A stretch of DNA of 64,000 nt from an uncultured Thalassobaculaceae bacterium (lineage in GTDB: Bacteria > Pseudomonadota > Alphaproteobacteria > Thalassobaculales > Thalassobaculaceae): the NCBI GenBank assembly GCA_964483985.1, contig CAZADS010000061.1, positions 8,073 to 72,072 on the forward strand. Direction: 5' to 3'. Positions 31,271 to 40,778 of the stretch are shown here, piece by piece; position 1 is the stretch's first letter, and each line of letters opens with the position of its first letter. The translations under genes and the position numbers were made by a program. The notes beneath the pieces are model-generated. The model did not search any database and was not told the DNA's origin. It saw only the letters and a list, made by a program, of their open reading frames with translations.

Positions 31271-32194
31271 ATGGACTGGATTCTCTTAGCTACACAGTTA
31301 CTAAATGGCCTGCAACTCGGGGTGCTACTATTTCTCCTAGCGTCCGGGTTGACGCTTATATTTGGAATAATGGACTTCGTTAATCTCGCCCACGGTTCTT
31401 TATATATGGTGGGCGCCTATTTTTGTGCCACCCTAACAGAATTAACCGGTTCATTTGTTATAGCTGTGATCTTAGCATTACCTATTACTGCCTCCGTAGG
31501 GTTGTTGATAGAGTTAATCGTCATTCGGCAACTTTATGGCCGAGATCATCTCGATCATGTTCTGGCCACTTTTGGGCTAATTCTATGTTTCGATGCAACT
31601 GTTCAATTCATATGGGGCCCGGAAGGCATGGCCATTCCACTTCCCGAACTCCTCGACGGCCGAGTGGAGCTATTTCCTGATCTTGTATTTCCCACATTCC
31701 GCATTTTAATTATTGCTTCAGGTTTAATTATCGCTTTTGGGCTATACTTAATAATTTCCCATACTCGAACCGGAATGTTAGTACGTGCAGGAGCATCGAA
31801 TAGCACAATGCTGGGAGCTCTCGGAATAGACGTAAAAACCATTTTTACCTTGGTTTTCGCCGCTGGCGCGGCTATGGCTGGGTTAGCCGGAATGATGATC
31901 GCTCCTATTACCGAAGCAAGTGTCGGCATGGGAAACGAGATAATCATAATAGCCTTTGTCGTCATAATAATTGGAGGGATTGGCTCGATCAAAGGCGCTT
32001 TTCTAGCAGCTATAATAGTTGGATTAATTGATACGCTAGGTCGGTCCTTTCTTGATTCATTACTTAAAGTTGTCATTTCAGAACAAAATGCTGAAACGGC
32101 AGCACCAGCGTTGTCAGCAATGCTAATTTATATACTAATGGCTGGGATTTTAGCATTCCGACCACAGGGCTTATTCCCCCCAAAAGGCCGCTAA
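31271..32194 (+). CDS. livH: branched-chain amino acid ABC transporter permease
   Basis: LNGLQLGVLLFLLASGLTLIFGIMDFVNLAHG is the LivH signature region. The ATG at 31271 lies inside the track ORF. Confidence 0.9.
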   Translation: MDWILLATQLLNGLQLGVLLFLLASGLTLIFGIMDFVNLAHGSLYMVGAYFCATLTELTGSFVIAVILALPITASVGLLIELIVIRQLYGRDHLDHVLATFGLILCFDATVQFIWGPEGMAIPLPELLDGRVELFPDLVFPTFRILIIASGLIIAFGLYLIISHTRTGMLVRAGASNSTMLGALGIDVKTIFTLVFAAGAAMAGLAGMMIAPITEASVGMGNEIIIIAFVVIIIGGIGSIKGAFLAAIIVGLIDTLGRSFLDSLLKVVISEQNAETAAPALSAMLIYILMAGILAFRPQGLFPPKGR

Positions 32195-32197
32195 AAT

Positions 32198-33169
32198 ATG
32201 CGATCGTTATTTAAAATGAATAGCCATCAATGGACCATGTGGATCTTGATGGCGTCGCTTAGCCTTTTGCCTGCTTACGTTCATCTAACCGATCAAAGTT
32301 TTTACCTTGACTTAGCCAATCGATTGATGATTTTAGCAATTGCTGCTGTAAGCCTTAATTTAATTTTAGGAAACGGCGGAATGATTAGTTTCGGACATGC
32401 TGCCTACCTTGGTATCGGCGCCTATAGCGTCGGAATTCCTACTTATTATCAAATTTATGAGGGCTTTTTTCAAATTCCCTTGGCCGTAATTACATCAGCG
32501 TTATTTGCTTTAATAACGGGGGCAATCTGTCTTCGAACAAGGGGCGTATATTTCATTATGATTACAATGGCTTTTTCCCAAATGTTATTTTTTGCCATTG
32601 TCAGCATCGAAGAATATGGAGGTGATGATGGTTTAGTCATCGACACTCGCAGCGAATTTTTTGGAATATTCAACATCGAAAATAGCTTAAGCCTTTATTA
32701 TTTCGTGTTTGCTTCACTGATAGTCTGCCTATTTTTAACACACCGAATCAGTCGGTCTCGATTCGGGATGGTAATCGAAGGCGCCAAGGGAAACGAACGA
32801 CGGATGCAAGCAATAGGATTTGATACCTACAAATATAAACTCACATCATATGTTATCGCTGGAGCGATTTGCGGGTATGCCGGCGCCCTTCTAGGGAATT
32901 TTACCAACTTCATTAGCCCAGAGATGATGGATTGGACAGCTTCAGGTGAATTAATTTTTATTGTTGTTCTCGGGGGCGCGGGTACTTTGTTTGGTCCCGT
33001 TGCTGGAGCAGCAGCTTTCGTTCTCCTGGAAGAACTATTATCAAGCTTAACTATCTATTGGCAATTTATATTTGGAAGCTTTCTTATAATCGTCGTCCTC
33101 TTTGTCCGAGGCGGGATCATGGGGTTGATTGAACTTATTGGGAAAAGATCGTGGAATCGACAATCTTAA
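32198..33169 (+). CDS. livM: branched-chain amino acid ABC transporter permease
   Basis: NLILGNGGMISFGHAAYLGIGAY is the LivM signature region. Confidence 0.9.
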   Translation: MRSLFKMNSHQWTMWILMASLSLLPAYVHLTDQSFYLDLANRLMILAIAAVSLNLILGNGGMISFGHAAYLGIGAYSVGIPTYYQIYEGFFQIPLAVITSALFALITGAICLRTRGVYFIMITMAFSQMLFFAIVSIEEYGGDDGLVIDTRSEFFGIFNIENSLSLYYFVFASLIVCLFLTHRISRSRFGMVIEGAKGNERRMQAIGFDTYKYKLTSYVIAGAICGYAGALLGNFTNFISPEMMDWTASGELIFIVVLGGAGTLFGPVAGAAAFVLLEELLSSLTIYWQFIFGSFLIIVVLFVRGGIMGLIELIGKRSWNRQS

Positions 33170-33903
33170 GTATCCAAAACCTCTACAAAACTTTTGGAGG
33201 TATCGCCGCTACCGATCATATAAATCTTGACATACCTGCTGGCAATATCCATGCAGTGATAGGCCCTAATGGTGCTGGAAAAACCACTTTGATAGCGCAA
33301 TTATCTGGCGAGCTTTACCCGGACAGTGGTCGAATATTTTTTCAAAACCAAGATATTACACATATTCCTACCTACCGTAGATCACATTTAGGTATAGCAC
33401 GATCATTCCAAATAACGAGTCTGATGTTAGATATGGCAGTGCTGGATAATGTAACCTTAGCTGTACAAGCACATGTAGGTCATTCGTTCTACTTTTGGAC
33501 CGATGCACGGAAAGAAATTTCTCTTATAGAACCGGCTATGAAGGTTTTATCTCACGTCGGATTATGCGAGAAAGCGATGAATAAAGCTGGGGAGCTCTCC
33601 CACGGAGAACATCGACAACTCGAAATTGCGATGGCTTTGGCCACAAATCCTAAACTCCTACTTTTAGATGAGCCTATGGCCGGAATGGGGATAGAAGAAG
33701 GAAAAAAAATCATCGAAATTCTTAAATGCCTCAAAAACGAAAACACAATTTTGTTGATAGAACATGATATGAAGGCAGTATTTGCACTTGCCGATCAAAT
33801 AACTGTACTCGTCTATGGAAAAATAATAGCTTCAGGCTCACCCAACGAAATACGCGCAAATAGAACCGTTCGCCAAGCTTATTTAGGGGACGATACCGAC
33901 TAA
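33151..33903 (+). CDS. livG: branched-chain amino acid ABC transporter ATP-binding protein
   Basis: GPNGAGKTT, LSHGEHRQLEIA, LLLLDEP, and a C-terminal VRQAYLG. Confidence 0.9.
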   Translation: MESTILSIQNLYKTFGGIAATDHINLDIPAGNIHAVIGPNGAGKTTLIAQLSGELYPDSGRIFFQNQDITHIPTYRRSHLGIARSFQITSLMLDMAVLDNVTLAVQAHVGHSFYFWTDARKEISLIEPAMKVLSHVGLCEKAMNKAGELSHGEHRQLEIAMALATNPKLLLLDEPMAGMGIEEGKKIIEILKCLKNENTILLIEHDMKAVFALADQITVLVYGKIIASGSPNEIRANRTVRQAYLGDDTD

Positions 33904-33905
33904 AA

Positions 33906-34607
33906 ATGCTAACAACTTCCAAAGTGGAGACTTTCTACGGATCCAGTCAGGCGTTATTTGATCTTACGATCGAAATTGGCCCAAGCGAGGTTGTAACGCT
34001 TCTTGGCCGAAACGGGATGGGAAAAACAACATCAGTACATTCTATTATGGGCATTCTGCCCATCGCAGCGGGCGAAATATTGTTTGAAGGACGCCAAATT
34101 CACAATTTACCCTCTTTTCAAATTAGTCGAGCTGGTATTGGTTTAGTACCCGAAGGACGTCAGGTCTTTCCCAATTTAACAGTACGAGAAAATCTAGTTG
34201 CCGTTGCAACTAAACGAAATGCTAAACCCGCTACTTGGACAATTGAACGTGTGATCAACATGTTTCCTGAACTGGGAACACGTTTCCACAGTATGGCAAG
34301 CTTATTATCTGGAGGAGAACAGCAAATGCTTTCAATTAGTCGCACCCTAATGACCAACCCAAAGCTGCTCATTCTCGACGAAGCAACGGAAGGCTTAGCT
34401 CCCCTGCCTCGACGTAAAATTTGGGATTGTCTAGATAGATTAAAATCGGAGGGTCAAGCTATCCTAGTTATTGACAAAAATCTTGATGACTTGAACCGAA
34501 TCGCGGACCGTCATTACGTGATGGAGACTGGGCGAATAGCATGGACCGGTACTCCGTCAGAACTGCAAAAACGTCCCGATATTTTATCAGAGAAACTTGG
34601 AATTTAA
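33906..34607 (+). CDS. livF: branched-chain amino acid ABC transporter ATP-binding protein
   Basis: GRNGMGKTT, LSGGEQQMLSI and LLILDEAT. Confidence 0.9.
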   Translation: MLTTSKVETFYGSSQALFDLTIEIGPSEVVTLLGRNGMGKTTSVHSIMGILPIAAGEILFEGRQIHNLPSFQISRAGIGLVPEGRQVFPNLTVRENLVAVATKRNAKPATWTIERVINMFPELGTRFHSMASLLSGGEQQMLSISRTLMTNPKLLILDEATEGLAPLPRRKIWDCLDRLKSEGQAILVIDKNLDDLNRIADRHYVMETGRIAWTGTPSELQKRPDILSEKLGI

Positions 34608-34644
34608 TCCTCATAACCTCAAAGCTTTTAACAAATTGCCTTAA

Positions 34645-35350
34645 CTAGTAATCAACTAGAAAATATCCATCCACCGTTTTACAATCTTTTTTCAAATCCT
34701 GAATTGCGATTGCAGCTAATGGGGAAGCGCGTTTATCTCGATCAATATCAGCCACAACTATAGTACCCTTTATCACTGTTTTAGCCATTCCTATTGCTTC
34801 TAGGTCTACACCAGAACCACTTATTAACACTCGTAAAGAAAAATCAGTTTCTTTAGAGCACTGTAAGTCATGTTTCCCGAATAAGCCCTCGTGGCGGTAA
34901 AAAGCTTCATCCACTCCACAGAAGTAACTAAATAATTTTTCATAAGGGGCTACGAGCTATCCGCTTACCAGCCATTTTTTGGAGTTCGTATTGTGATCGG
35001 AATATTACGTGAAGTTTCGTCTCCCGTTTCACAAAACCGAAATATCTCACAACTTATCCAAAGGTAAACGACACGCTTTTCACCCTCTTTAACACCACAA
35101 GCATCGGGACCCAGGGGGGCAACCATTCCAACCAGTTAATGCCTCATAGAGAATAGCAGAGATAATCCTCTATCTTTTAAGGTGACGTTTTGCCCGCCCC
35201 ATAATCAAAAACCTATACCAGATGTGAAGGTCCCAACGGCAAACCATATGATGTAATTTTCAAAACAACTTCCGTGCCAGTCAGTTGCGGGACTGGAGCA
35301 TCCCGTTCTTCATATGCACAGCCCCATTGCGTAATATGATATGTCTTAAT
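34645..35350 (-). pseudogene. decayed zinc-type (MDR) alcohol dehydrogenase-like gene remnant
   Basis: My hand translation of 35350-35216 gives IKTYHITQWGCAYEERDAPVPQLTGTEVVLKITSYGLPLGPSHLV, which is MDR N-terminus-like. The 34914-34645 ORF has a Rossmann-like VLISGSGVDLEAIGMAKTV..GTIVVADIDRDKR. Stops and frame breaks lie in between, and the 3' half is absent. Confidence 0.4.
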
Positions 35351-35483
35351 TCACGTTCCGTTCTAACTCGCGGTTAACTGGATTTAGCCTGTTTGGTTTT
35401 GTTTTTAAAAATCCTCTTAGGGCTTTAATTTGATATTTCAAGTTTTTTCGCTCAAATTAAATAACGATTAACCGAGGTAAAAT

Positions 35484-35918
35484 ATGACTGAAAATGGCAA
35501 TCCAGACAATGTTGTAGCACCTGATAATTCACTAATTCCATATCCCGACGATCCTTTTGAAATGCGTTCAGGTCCCTTTTATTTAAGAAAAAATTTCGAT
35601 GGCTCCACCGGCGTCTTTCTGAAAGTCGGCCACAACCAATGCAATACTAATATGGTGGCTCATGGAGGATTGCTCATGACTTTAGCAGATTTATCCGTGT
35701 GTTATGAAGCCGTAAAAGGATTTCCTAACTTGCGTGCGCTAACCGTTTCGCTTACGGCCAATTTCCTATTACCCGCATCCAAGGGGAGTCAATTGTGCGC
35801 TTTCCCCCGTGTAAACTACCGAACCAGACGAACAGCGTTCGTGGAATCCAAGATAATGAAAGAGGATAAGTGTATTTTTACCTGTTCTTCTATCATTCGT
35901 GTTTTGCCAGCTGGCTGA
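35484..35918 (+). CDS. PaaI-family hotdog thioesterase
   Basis: The HGGLLMTLADLSV motif and a size of 144 aa. Confidence 0.75.
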   Translation: MTENGNPDNVVAPDNSLIPYPDDPFEMRSGPFYLRKNFDGSTGVFLKVGHNQCNTNMVAHGGLLMTLADLSVCYEAVKGFPNLRALTVSLTANFLLPASKGSQLCAFPRVNYRTRRTAFVESKIMKEDKCIFTCSSIIRVLPAG

Positions 35919-35956
35919 ATTAAGAACAGGATCATTCAATTTAAAAGGAGTTTAAT

Positions 35957-37078
35957 ATGGGAGACGGCCCACTTAATGGAATTAAAGTTATCGAGTTTGG
36001 CCAAAATTTAGCCGGTCCTTATTGCGGTCAAATTTTAGCCTTTCTAGGAGCAGATGTTATAAAATTAGAACGGCCCGAAGGAGACGATGCACGACGTTGG
36101 GGACCACCTTTTAACGAAGACAGTGAAGAGACAACCGCTGTTGCTTTTATAGCTTTGAATAGGGGAAAAAAAAGCCAAATAATTGACCTAAAAAACCCAT
36201 CGGATAAAACTAAACTAATCAAAATGATTGGGGATTCCGATGTTTTTATTCACAATCTAAGAGCTGACGTTCCAGCACACTTTGGTTTTGATGCCGTAAC
36301 CTTAACTAGAAAATTTCCTACGCTTATATACGCCAATTTAGGCGCTTTTGGACACAAAGGGCCCTGGTGTAACCGCCCCGGTTACGAGCCTATAATTCAA
36401 GCTGAAGCAGGACTGATGTCAGTAAATGGAGATCCAATCGCACCTCCAGCTCGGATAGGGGTGTCTATTATTGATTTATCTACAGGAATGTGGACGGCAA
36501 TAGGCATCTTATCGGCAATCACTCAAAGGACACAAATCGGTAAAGGATGCATCGTCGATACCTCGCTTTTTGAAACCGGTTTAATGTGGATTTCGACACA
36601 TGCTTCTGCATATACGGCAGGGGGGTTGATTCCGAAGCGGTTATCGTCTGGTCATCCTGCCCTTGCGCCATACCAAGTCTTCGAGTGCAAGGACGGGCCT
36701 ATCATGATCTGCCCCGGAAACGAAAGGCTTTGGCAAAAATTTTCAGAAGTATTGGGACACCCAGAATGGACCGAAGATCCGCGTTACTTCACCAACAGGG
36801 AGCGAGTGGAACGCAGAGACGAAGTTAACAAAATGGTCTCGGATGTGATACTTGAGAAATCTCGGAAATATTGGCAGAAAAAGCTCGATAAGGCAGGCGT
36901 ACCATGTAGTCCTCTAAATACAGTTCCCGAAGTGCTTGAACTCTCGCAAACCAGAGCATTAAACATGTTCTTTAAACCATATAAAGATCACTCTGGCTTA
37001 TATCATGGTTTACCAATCAGTTTTGATGGTAAACGAGCTGGAAATTCCAGCCAAGCCCCAAAGCTAGGGGATAATTAA
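35957..37078 (+). CDS. family III CoA-transferase (CaiB/BaiF type)
   Basis: GIKVIEFGQNLAGPYCGQILAFLGADVIKLERPEGDD is the family signature N-terminus. Confidence 0.85.
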   Translation: MGDGPLNGIKVIEFGQNLAGPYCGQILAFLGADVIKLERPEGDDARRWGPPFNEDSEETTAVAFIALNRGKKSQIIDLKNPSDKTKLIKMIGDSDVFIHNLRADVPAHFGFDAVTLTRKFPTLIYANLGAFGHKGPWCNRPGYEPIIQAEAGLMSVNGDPIAPPARIGVSIIDLSTGMWTAIGILSAITQRTQIGKGCIVDTSLFETGLMWISTHASAYTAGGLIPKRLSSGHPALAPYQVFECKDGPIMICPGNERLWQKFSEVLGHPEWTEDPRYFTNRERVERRDEVNKMVSDVILEKSRKYWQKKLDKAGVPCSPLNTVPEVLELSQTRALNMFFKPYKDHSGLYHGLPISFDGKRAGNSSQAPKLGDN

Positions 37079-37109
37079 TTTACCTATTTGTGAAATCCCG
37101 ATTATAGGA

Positions 37110-37970
37110 TTGCGTTTTATGACCGAAAATCCAGATATTGTAAAAAGTGGTACCCAGCACCTGGTCTTGCGTATCATGGAATCACTATTTATTCAGCGAG
37201 TAATTACGCTGCTCATTATCGTTAATGCGGCGATTCTGGCCTTGGAAACAAGTGAACTTGCTATGAAGTCAGCCGGTAAATTTCTTTTAATTTTAGATCG
37301 CTGTATTTTAATAATATTTGTAATAGAAATCTTTTTTAAATGCTTCGGTCAAAGACTAAAATTTTTCCAAGACCCTTGGAACGTATTCGATACCTTTGTG
37401 ATTTCTATTGCTTTAGTACCAGTGACTGAGTCCTTAACAGTGCTAAGGGCATTACGGATTCTAAGAGTTCTCCGTTTGATTTCCGTTGTTCCTTCGCTAA
37501 GGCGCGTAGTGGGTGCATTGTTACATGCCTTACCAGGTATGGGTTCTGTCATCCTCCTTTTATTAATCATTTATTTTGTTTTTTCGGTGATGGCAACCAA
37601 GCTCTTTGGTATTTCTTTCCCTGAGTGGTTTGGAACTATCGGTAGTTCTGCATATACTCTGTTTCAAATTATGACATTGGAGAGTTGGTCGATGGGAATC
37701 GTTCGACCTGTGATGCAGGAATTCTCTTTAGCTTGGGCATTCTTTGTACCTTTTATTTTAGTGACTTCCTTTGCTGTTTTAAACTTATTTATTGGGATAA
37801 TTGTGGACGCAATGCAAACCCATGCTAAACAAGAGAACAATTTTAAATCAGAATATAATAAGGATCCATCATTGACAGATCTTCACAGAGAGATTCAGAT
37901 ACTTCAAAAAGAAATCATTAGTTTACGGGAAAAAGTTCAAGATAATCCAAATGAATCGAAGATCCTTTAA
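37110..37970 (+). CDS. bacterial voltage-gated sodium channel (BacNav, NaChBac/NavAb-like)
   Basis: A single 6-TM domain. S4 is LRALRILRVLRLISVVPSLRR, with Arg at every third position. The selectivity filter FQIMTLESWSMGIVRPVM is almost identical to NavAb as I recall it. There is a C-terminal coiled-coil. Confidence 0.85.
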   Translation: MRFMTENPDIVKSGTQHLVLRIMESLFIQRVITLLIIVNAAILALETSELAMKSAGKFLLILDRCILIIFVIEIFFKCFGQRLKFFQDPWNVFDTFVISIALVPVTESLTVLRALRILRVLRLISVVPSLRRVVGALLHALPGMGSVILLLLIIYFVFSVMATKLFGISFPEWFGTIGSSAYTLFQIMTLESWSMGIVRPVMQEFSLAWAFFVPFILVTSFAVLNLFIGIIVDAMQTHAKQENNFKSEYNKDPSLTDLHREIQILQKEIISLREKVQDNPNESKIL

Positions 37971-38044
37971 TCTGACAACATCACTAATTTTTGATCGTCG
38001 GTTGAAAAGACCGTTATTGAAAATAAAAAAAAGAATCTGAGAAA

Positions 38045-38677
38045 ATGAGCGAAACTTGTGTACGTGATTCTATAGCTAAACTAGCTAAATCAATTTACGA
38101 TCGAGGACTGACTTTTGGTAGCTCTGGGAATATTAGCGTCCGGTTAGAAGATGGATGGCTGATGACTCCCACTGGCTCGTCTTTGGGCAACCTAGATCCA
38201 GCTTCTATTTCCAAATTGGATAACAAAGGGCGTTTGATAAGCGGGGAAAAACCAACTAAGGAAAGTTTTCTTCATTTAGCTATGTATCAAGAACGACCCA
38301 CCACAGGCGCGGTCGTTCATTTACATTCAACTCATTCGGTTGCTGTCAGTTGCCTTGCAGATGTTGATCCAACAAATGTACTCCCACCGATAACCGCATA
38401 TTATGTGATGAAAGTTGGAATTTTACCGCTCGTCCCATATTTTGCACCTGGTGATCTAAACCTTGCAAAAGCGGTCAGGTCATTAGCTTCAAAACATCAT
38501 GCCGTCCTTCTAGCTAATCATGGACCAATTGTCGCTGGGGATTCTCTAAAAAGTGCCATATATGCCACCGAGGAGCTCGAAGAAACGGCTCGGTTATTTT
38601 TAATGTTAAAAGGTATGGATACGCGATTTTTAACCCATCAGAACGTCATGGAACTTAAAACAAAATTTCCAGTTTAG
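38045..38677 (+). CDS. class II aldolase/adducin family protein (OtnC / 3-oxo-tetronate-4-phosphate decarboxylase-like)
   Basis: GSSGNISVRL...PTGSSLG...KPTKE..LHL...HLHSTHSVA...LLANHGP fits the class II aldolase fold. The 210-aa size and pattern resemble OtnC. Confidence 0.75.
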   Translation: MSETCVRDSIAKLAKSIYDRGLTFGSSGNISVRLEDGWLMTPTGSSLGNLDPASISKLDNKGRLISGEKPTKESFLHLAMYQERPTTGAVVHLHSTHSVAVSCLADVDPTNVLPPITAYYVMKVGILPLVPYFAPGDLNLAKAVRSLASKHHAVLLANHGPIVAGDSLKSAIYATEELEETARLFLMLKGMDTRFLTHQNVMELKTKFPV

Positions 38678-40746
38678 CGCATAGCCGCAGCAATATTTCC
38701 TCCATCCACAGTCGTTACATTTGCAGTTGTTCTCGTTGAAAGTGCTTGCCACAGAAATGCCTCTGCCACATGTGTGGGGGTTACTTCCCTTCCAAGTAAA
38801 TTACCGGATAAATAAGCGTCTGAAGTTATACCTCTTGCCTTAGAACGTTCCGCTATCATCTTTTGCGTTAAAAGGCCGGACTGTATGCGATCCGCATTAA
38901 CTGCGTTGGACCGAATTCCAAATTTTCCGTACTCTAGTGCGTATTGACGCGATAGAAATAATGTAGCTGCTTTGGGTATACCATAGGGTCCAAAATTAAC
39001 TCCTGGATTGACTGCCTGCTTGGACGCATTGAATAACAAAACTCCACCTATGCCTTGTGCCAACATGATATTAACTGCTGCTTTTGCTGCTGTTTGGTGA
39101 GCGAAAAAATTAAGTTCAAAGCTTCGCCGTAATACGCCATCATCTAATTCTCCCATTGCACCTTGTGATGCAGAACCAGCATTTGATATAAGGATATCTA
39201 CGCCGCCAAAAATATCGCAGACTTTTGAGAAGACAGCTGCGATTTGAGACGGTTTCGTAACATCACAAACCATCGAAATAGCTCCATTGCCCGCCTCTTT
39301 AGCCACTTTATTAGCCTTCTTGCAGTCAAGGTCCAGAACAGCGACGTGTGCCCCTTCGCGTGCGATAACTTTTGCGATCGCTGAACCGATAGTGCCAGCC
39401 CCTCCCGTCAAGACTACTACTTGGCCAGAGAGTGGTTTATAAATCGTAGAATTGATTTTAGCTTGCTCCAATGACCAATATTCCAACTTAAATAATTCTT
39501 CCTCGGACAAAGGAGTAAAGCGACCAATTCTTTCCGCATCGATAATGGCCTCTATCCAAATTTCCGCCAAATCTGCTACTATTATGGCTTCAGCCTGATT
39601 ACGGCCGACTCCGAATAAACCAAGGCCAGGCACGATTATGATTCTAGGCACTTTATCAAGCATTATACGTTTAACCTTATCGAGCGCGTTACAGCGATCA
39701 AAATAAGAACTATACTCTGACGCATAATCTTTAGCTCGTTTGAAGGTACTGATTGCAAAATTCTTTAAATCGGATTCGCTGGGCGGCAATGTTATCATTG
39801 GCTTTTTCTTCGTTCTGATTACTAAATCTGGAGTACTAACGCCTCGAGTTGCATAATCACTTACCCCTTCTCCATTTACAAATGTCATTATTTTCCTGGC
39901 GTTTCGATGCTCTAGGACAAAATGCTTATAACTTCCATCACCAAGATGTTCTGCAATTGCACCCCTTAAAATTGGTGCAATAACGGCACGGGATGCAATT
40001 TTTTTAGGTAAATTTTCCTTTTTGAAAACCGATTTTCGTCCCTTTTGGATACGTCTCTCTGCTGCCGTGACATATTTAATCATACGAAAATATGAAATTT
40101 TAGCTGTTTCCCCAAATGTGAAAATCCCGTGCTTATCTAAAATTAGTCCTTCAACGTTTGTATTAGTCTCATAAATTTCTACTGCCAGTTTGGCGAGATC
40201 AAACCCTGGTGCCACGTAGGGGACAAAACCAAGCTTAAACCCAAATATATCCCGACATAAATCTGCCGAATTAGGTTGATTAATAATGGATAATATAGCC
40301 GTTGAATGAGTATGGTCGACATATTTTTGCGGCAAGAACGCATGCAGAAGCGTCTCAACAGATGGGTTTGGGGACGCTGGGTCAATTAAATTAGCTCTTT
40401 GCAGTTTTACCATTTTCTCATCCGAAAGAGTTTTCAAATGGCGTACCCTCAAAAGTGGAGCTAGCTTTACCGAAGGAAGCCCAGCGGGTTCAATATTGCC
40501 CATGTCCCACCCACTGCCTTTGACACAAAGAACGTCCCATTTATCACCAACAAGATCCGTCATACTCGTTTTCAAGGAAGTATTGCCTCCTCCATGGAGA
40601 ACCAATTTTGAAACGCTTCCCAACAATCGGGTTGTATACACTCGCAAAGCTAGATCCTTTGCGATTCCTTTACGTTTGTAATGAGCTACGATTTTTTTAG
40701 CTGCTCTATCATCCCACTCATTCTTCATTTCGCATCTCCGTATCAA
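38674..40746 (-). CDS. bifunctional class II aldolase / short-chain dehydrogenase (RhaEW-like rhamnulose-1-P aldolase/lactaldehyde dehydrogenase family)
   Basis: A 690-aa fusion. The N-terminal half is aldolase-like. The C-terminal half is an SDR with TGGAGTIGSAIA and catalytic YGIPKAA. Confidence 0.8.
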   Translation of the reverse strand: MIRRCEMKNEWDDRAAKKIVAHYKRKGIAKDLALRVYTTRLLGSVSKLVLHGGGNTSLKTSMTDLVGDKWDVLCVKGSGWDMGNIEPAGLPSVKLAPLLRVRHLKTLSDEKMVKLQRANLIDPASPNPSVETLLHAFLPQKYVDHTHSTAILSIINQPNSADLCRDIFGFKLGFVPYVAPGFDLAKLAVEIYETNTNVEGLILDKHGIFTFGETAKISYFRMIKYVTAAERRIQKGRKSVFKKENLPKKIASRAVIAPILRGAIAEHLGDGSYKHFVLEHRNARKIMTFVNGEGVSDYATRGVSTPDLVIRTKKKPMITLPPSESDLKNFAISTFKRAKDYASEYSSYFDRCNALDKVKRIMLDKVPRIIIVPGLGLFGVGRNQAEAIIVADLAEIWIEAIIDAERIGRFTPLSEEELFKLEYWSLEQAKINSTIYKPLSGQVVVLTGGAGTIGSAIAKVIAREGAHVAVLDLDCKKANKVAKEAGNGAISMVCDVTKPSQIAAVFSKVCDIFGGVDILISNAGSASQGAMGELDDGVLRRSFELNFFAHQTAAKAAVNIMLAQGIGGVLLFNASKQAVNPGVNFGPYGIPKAATLFLSRQYALEYGKFGIRSNAVNADRIQSGLLTQKMIAERSKARGITSDAYLSGNLLGREVTPTHVAEAFLWQALSTRTTANVTTVDGGNIAAAMR

Positions 40747-40778
40747 CGAACGTCAAAAAGAAATGATAAAATTTAAAA

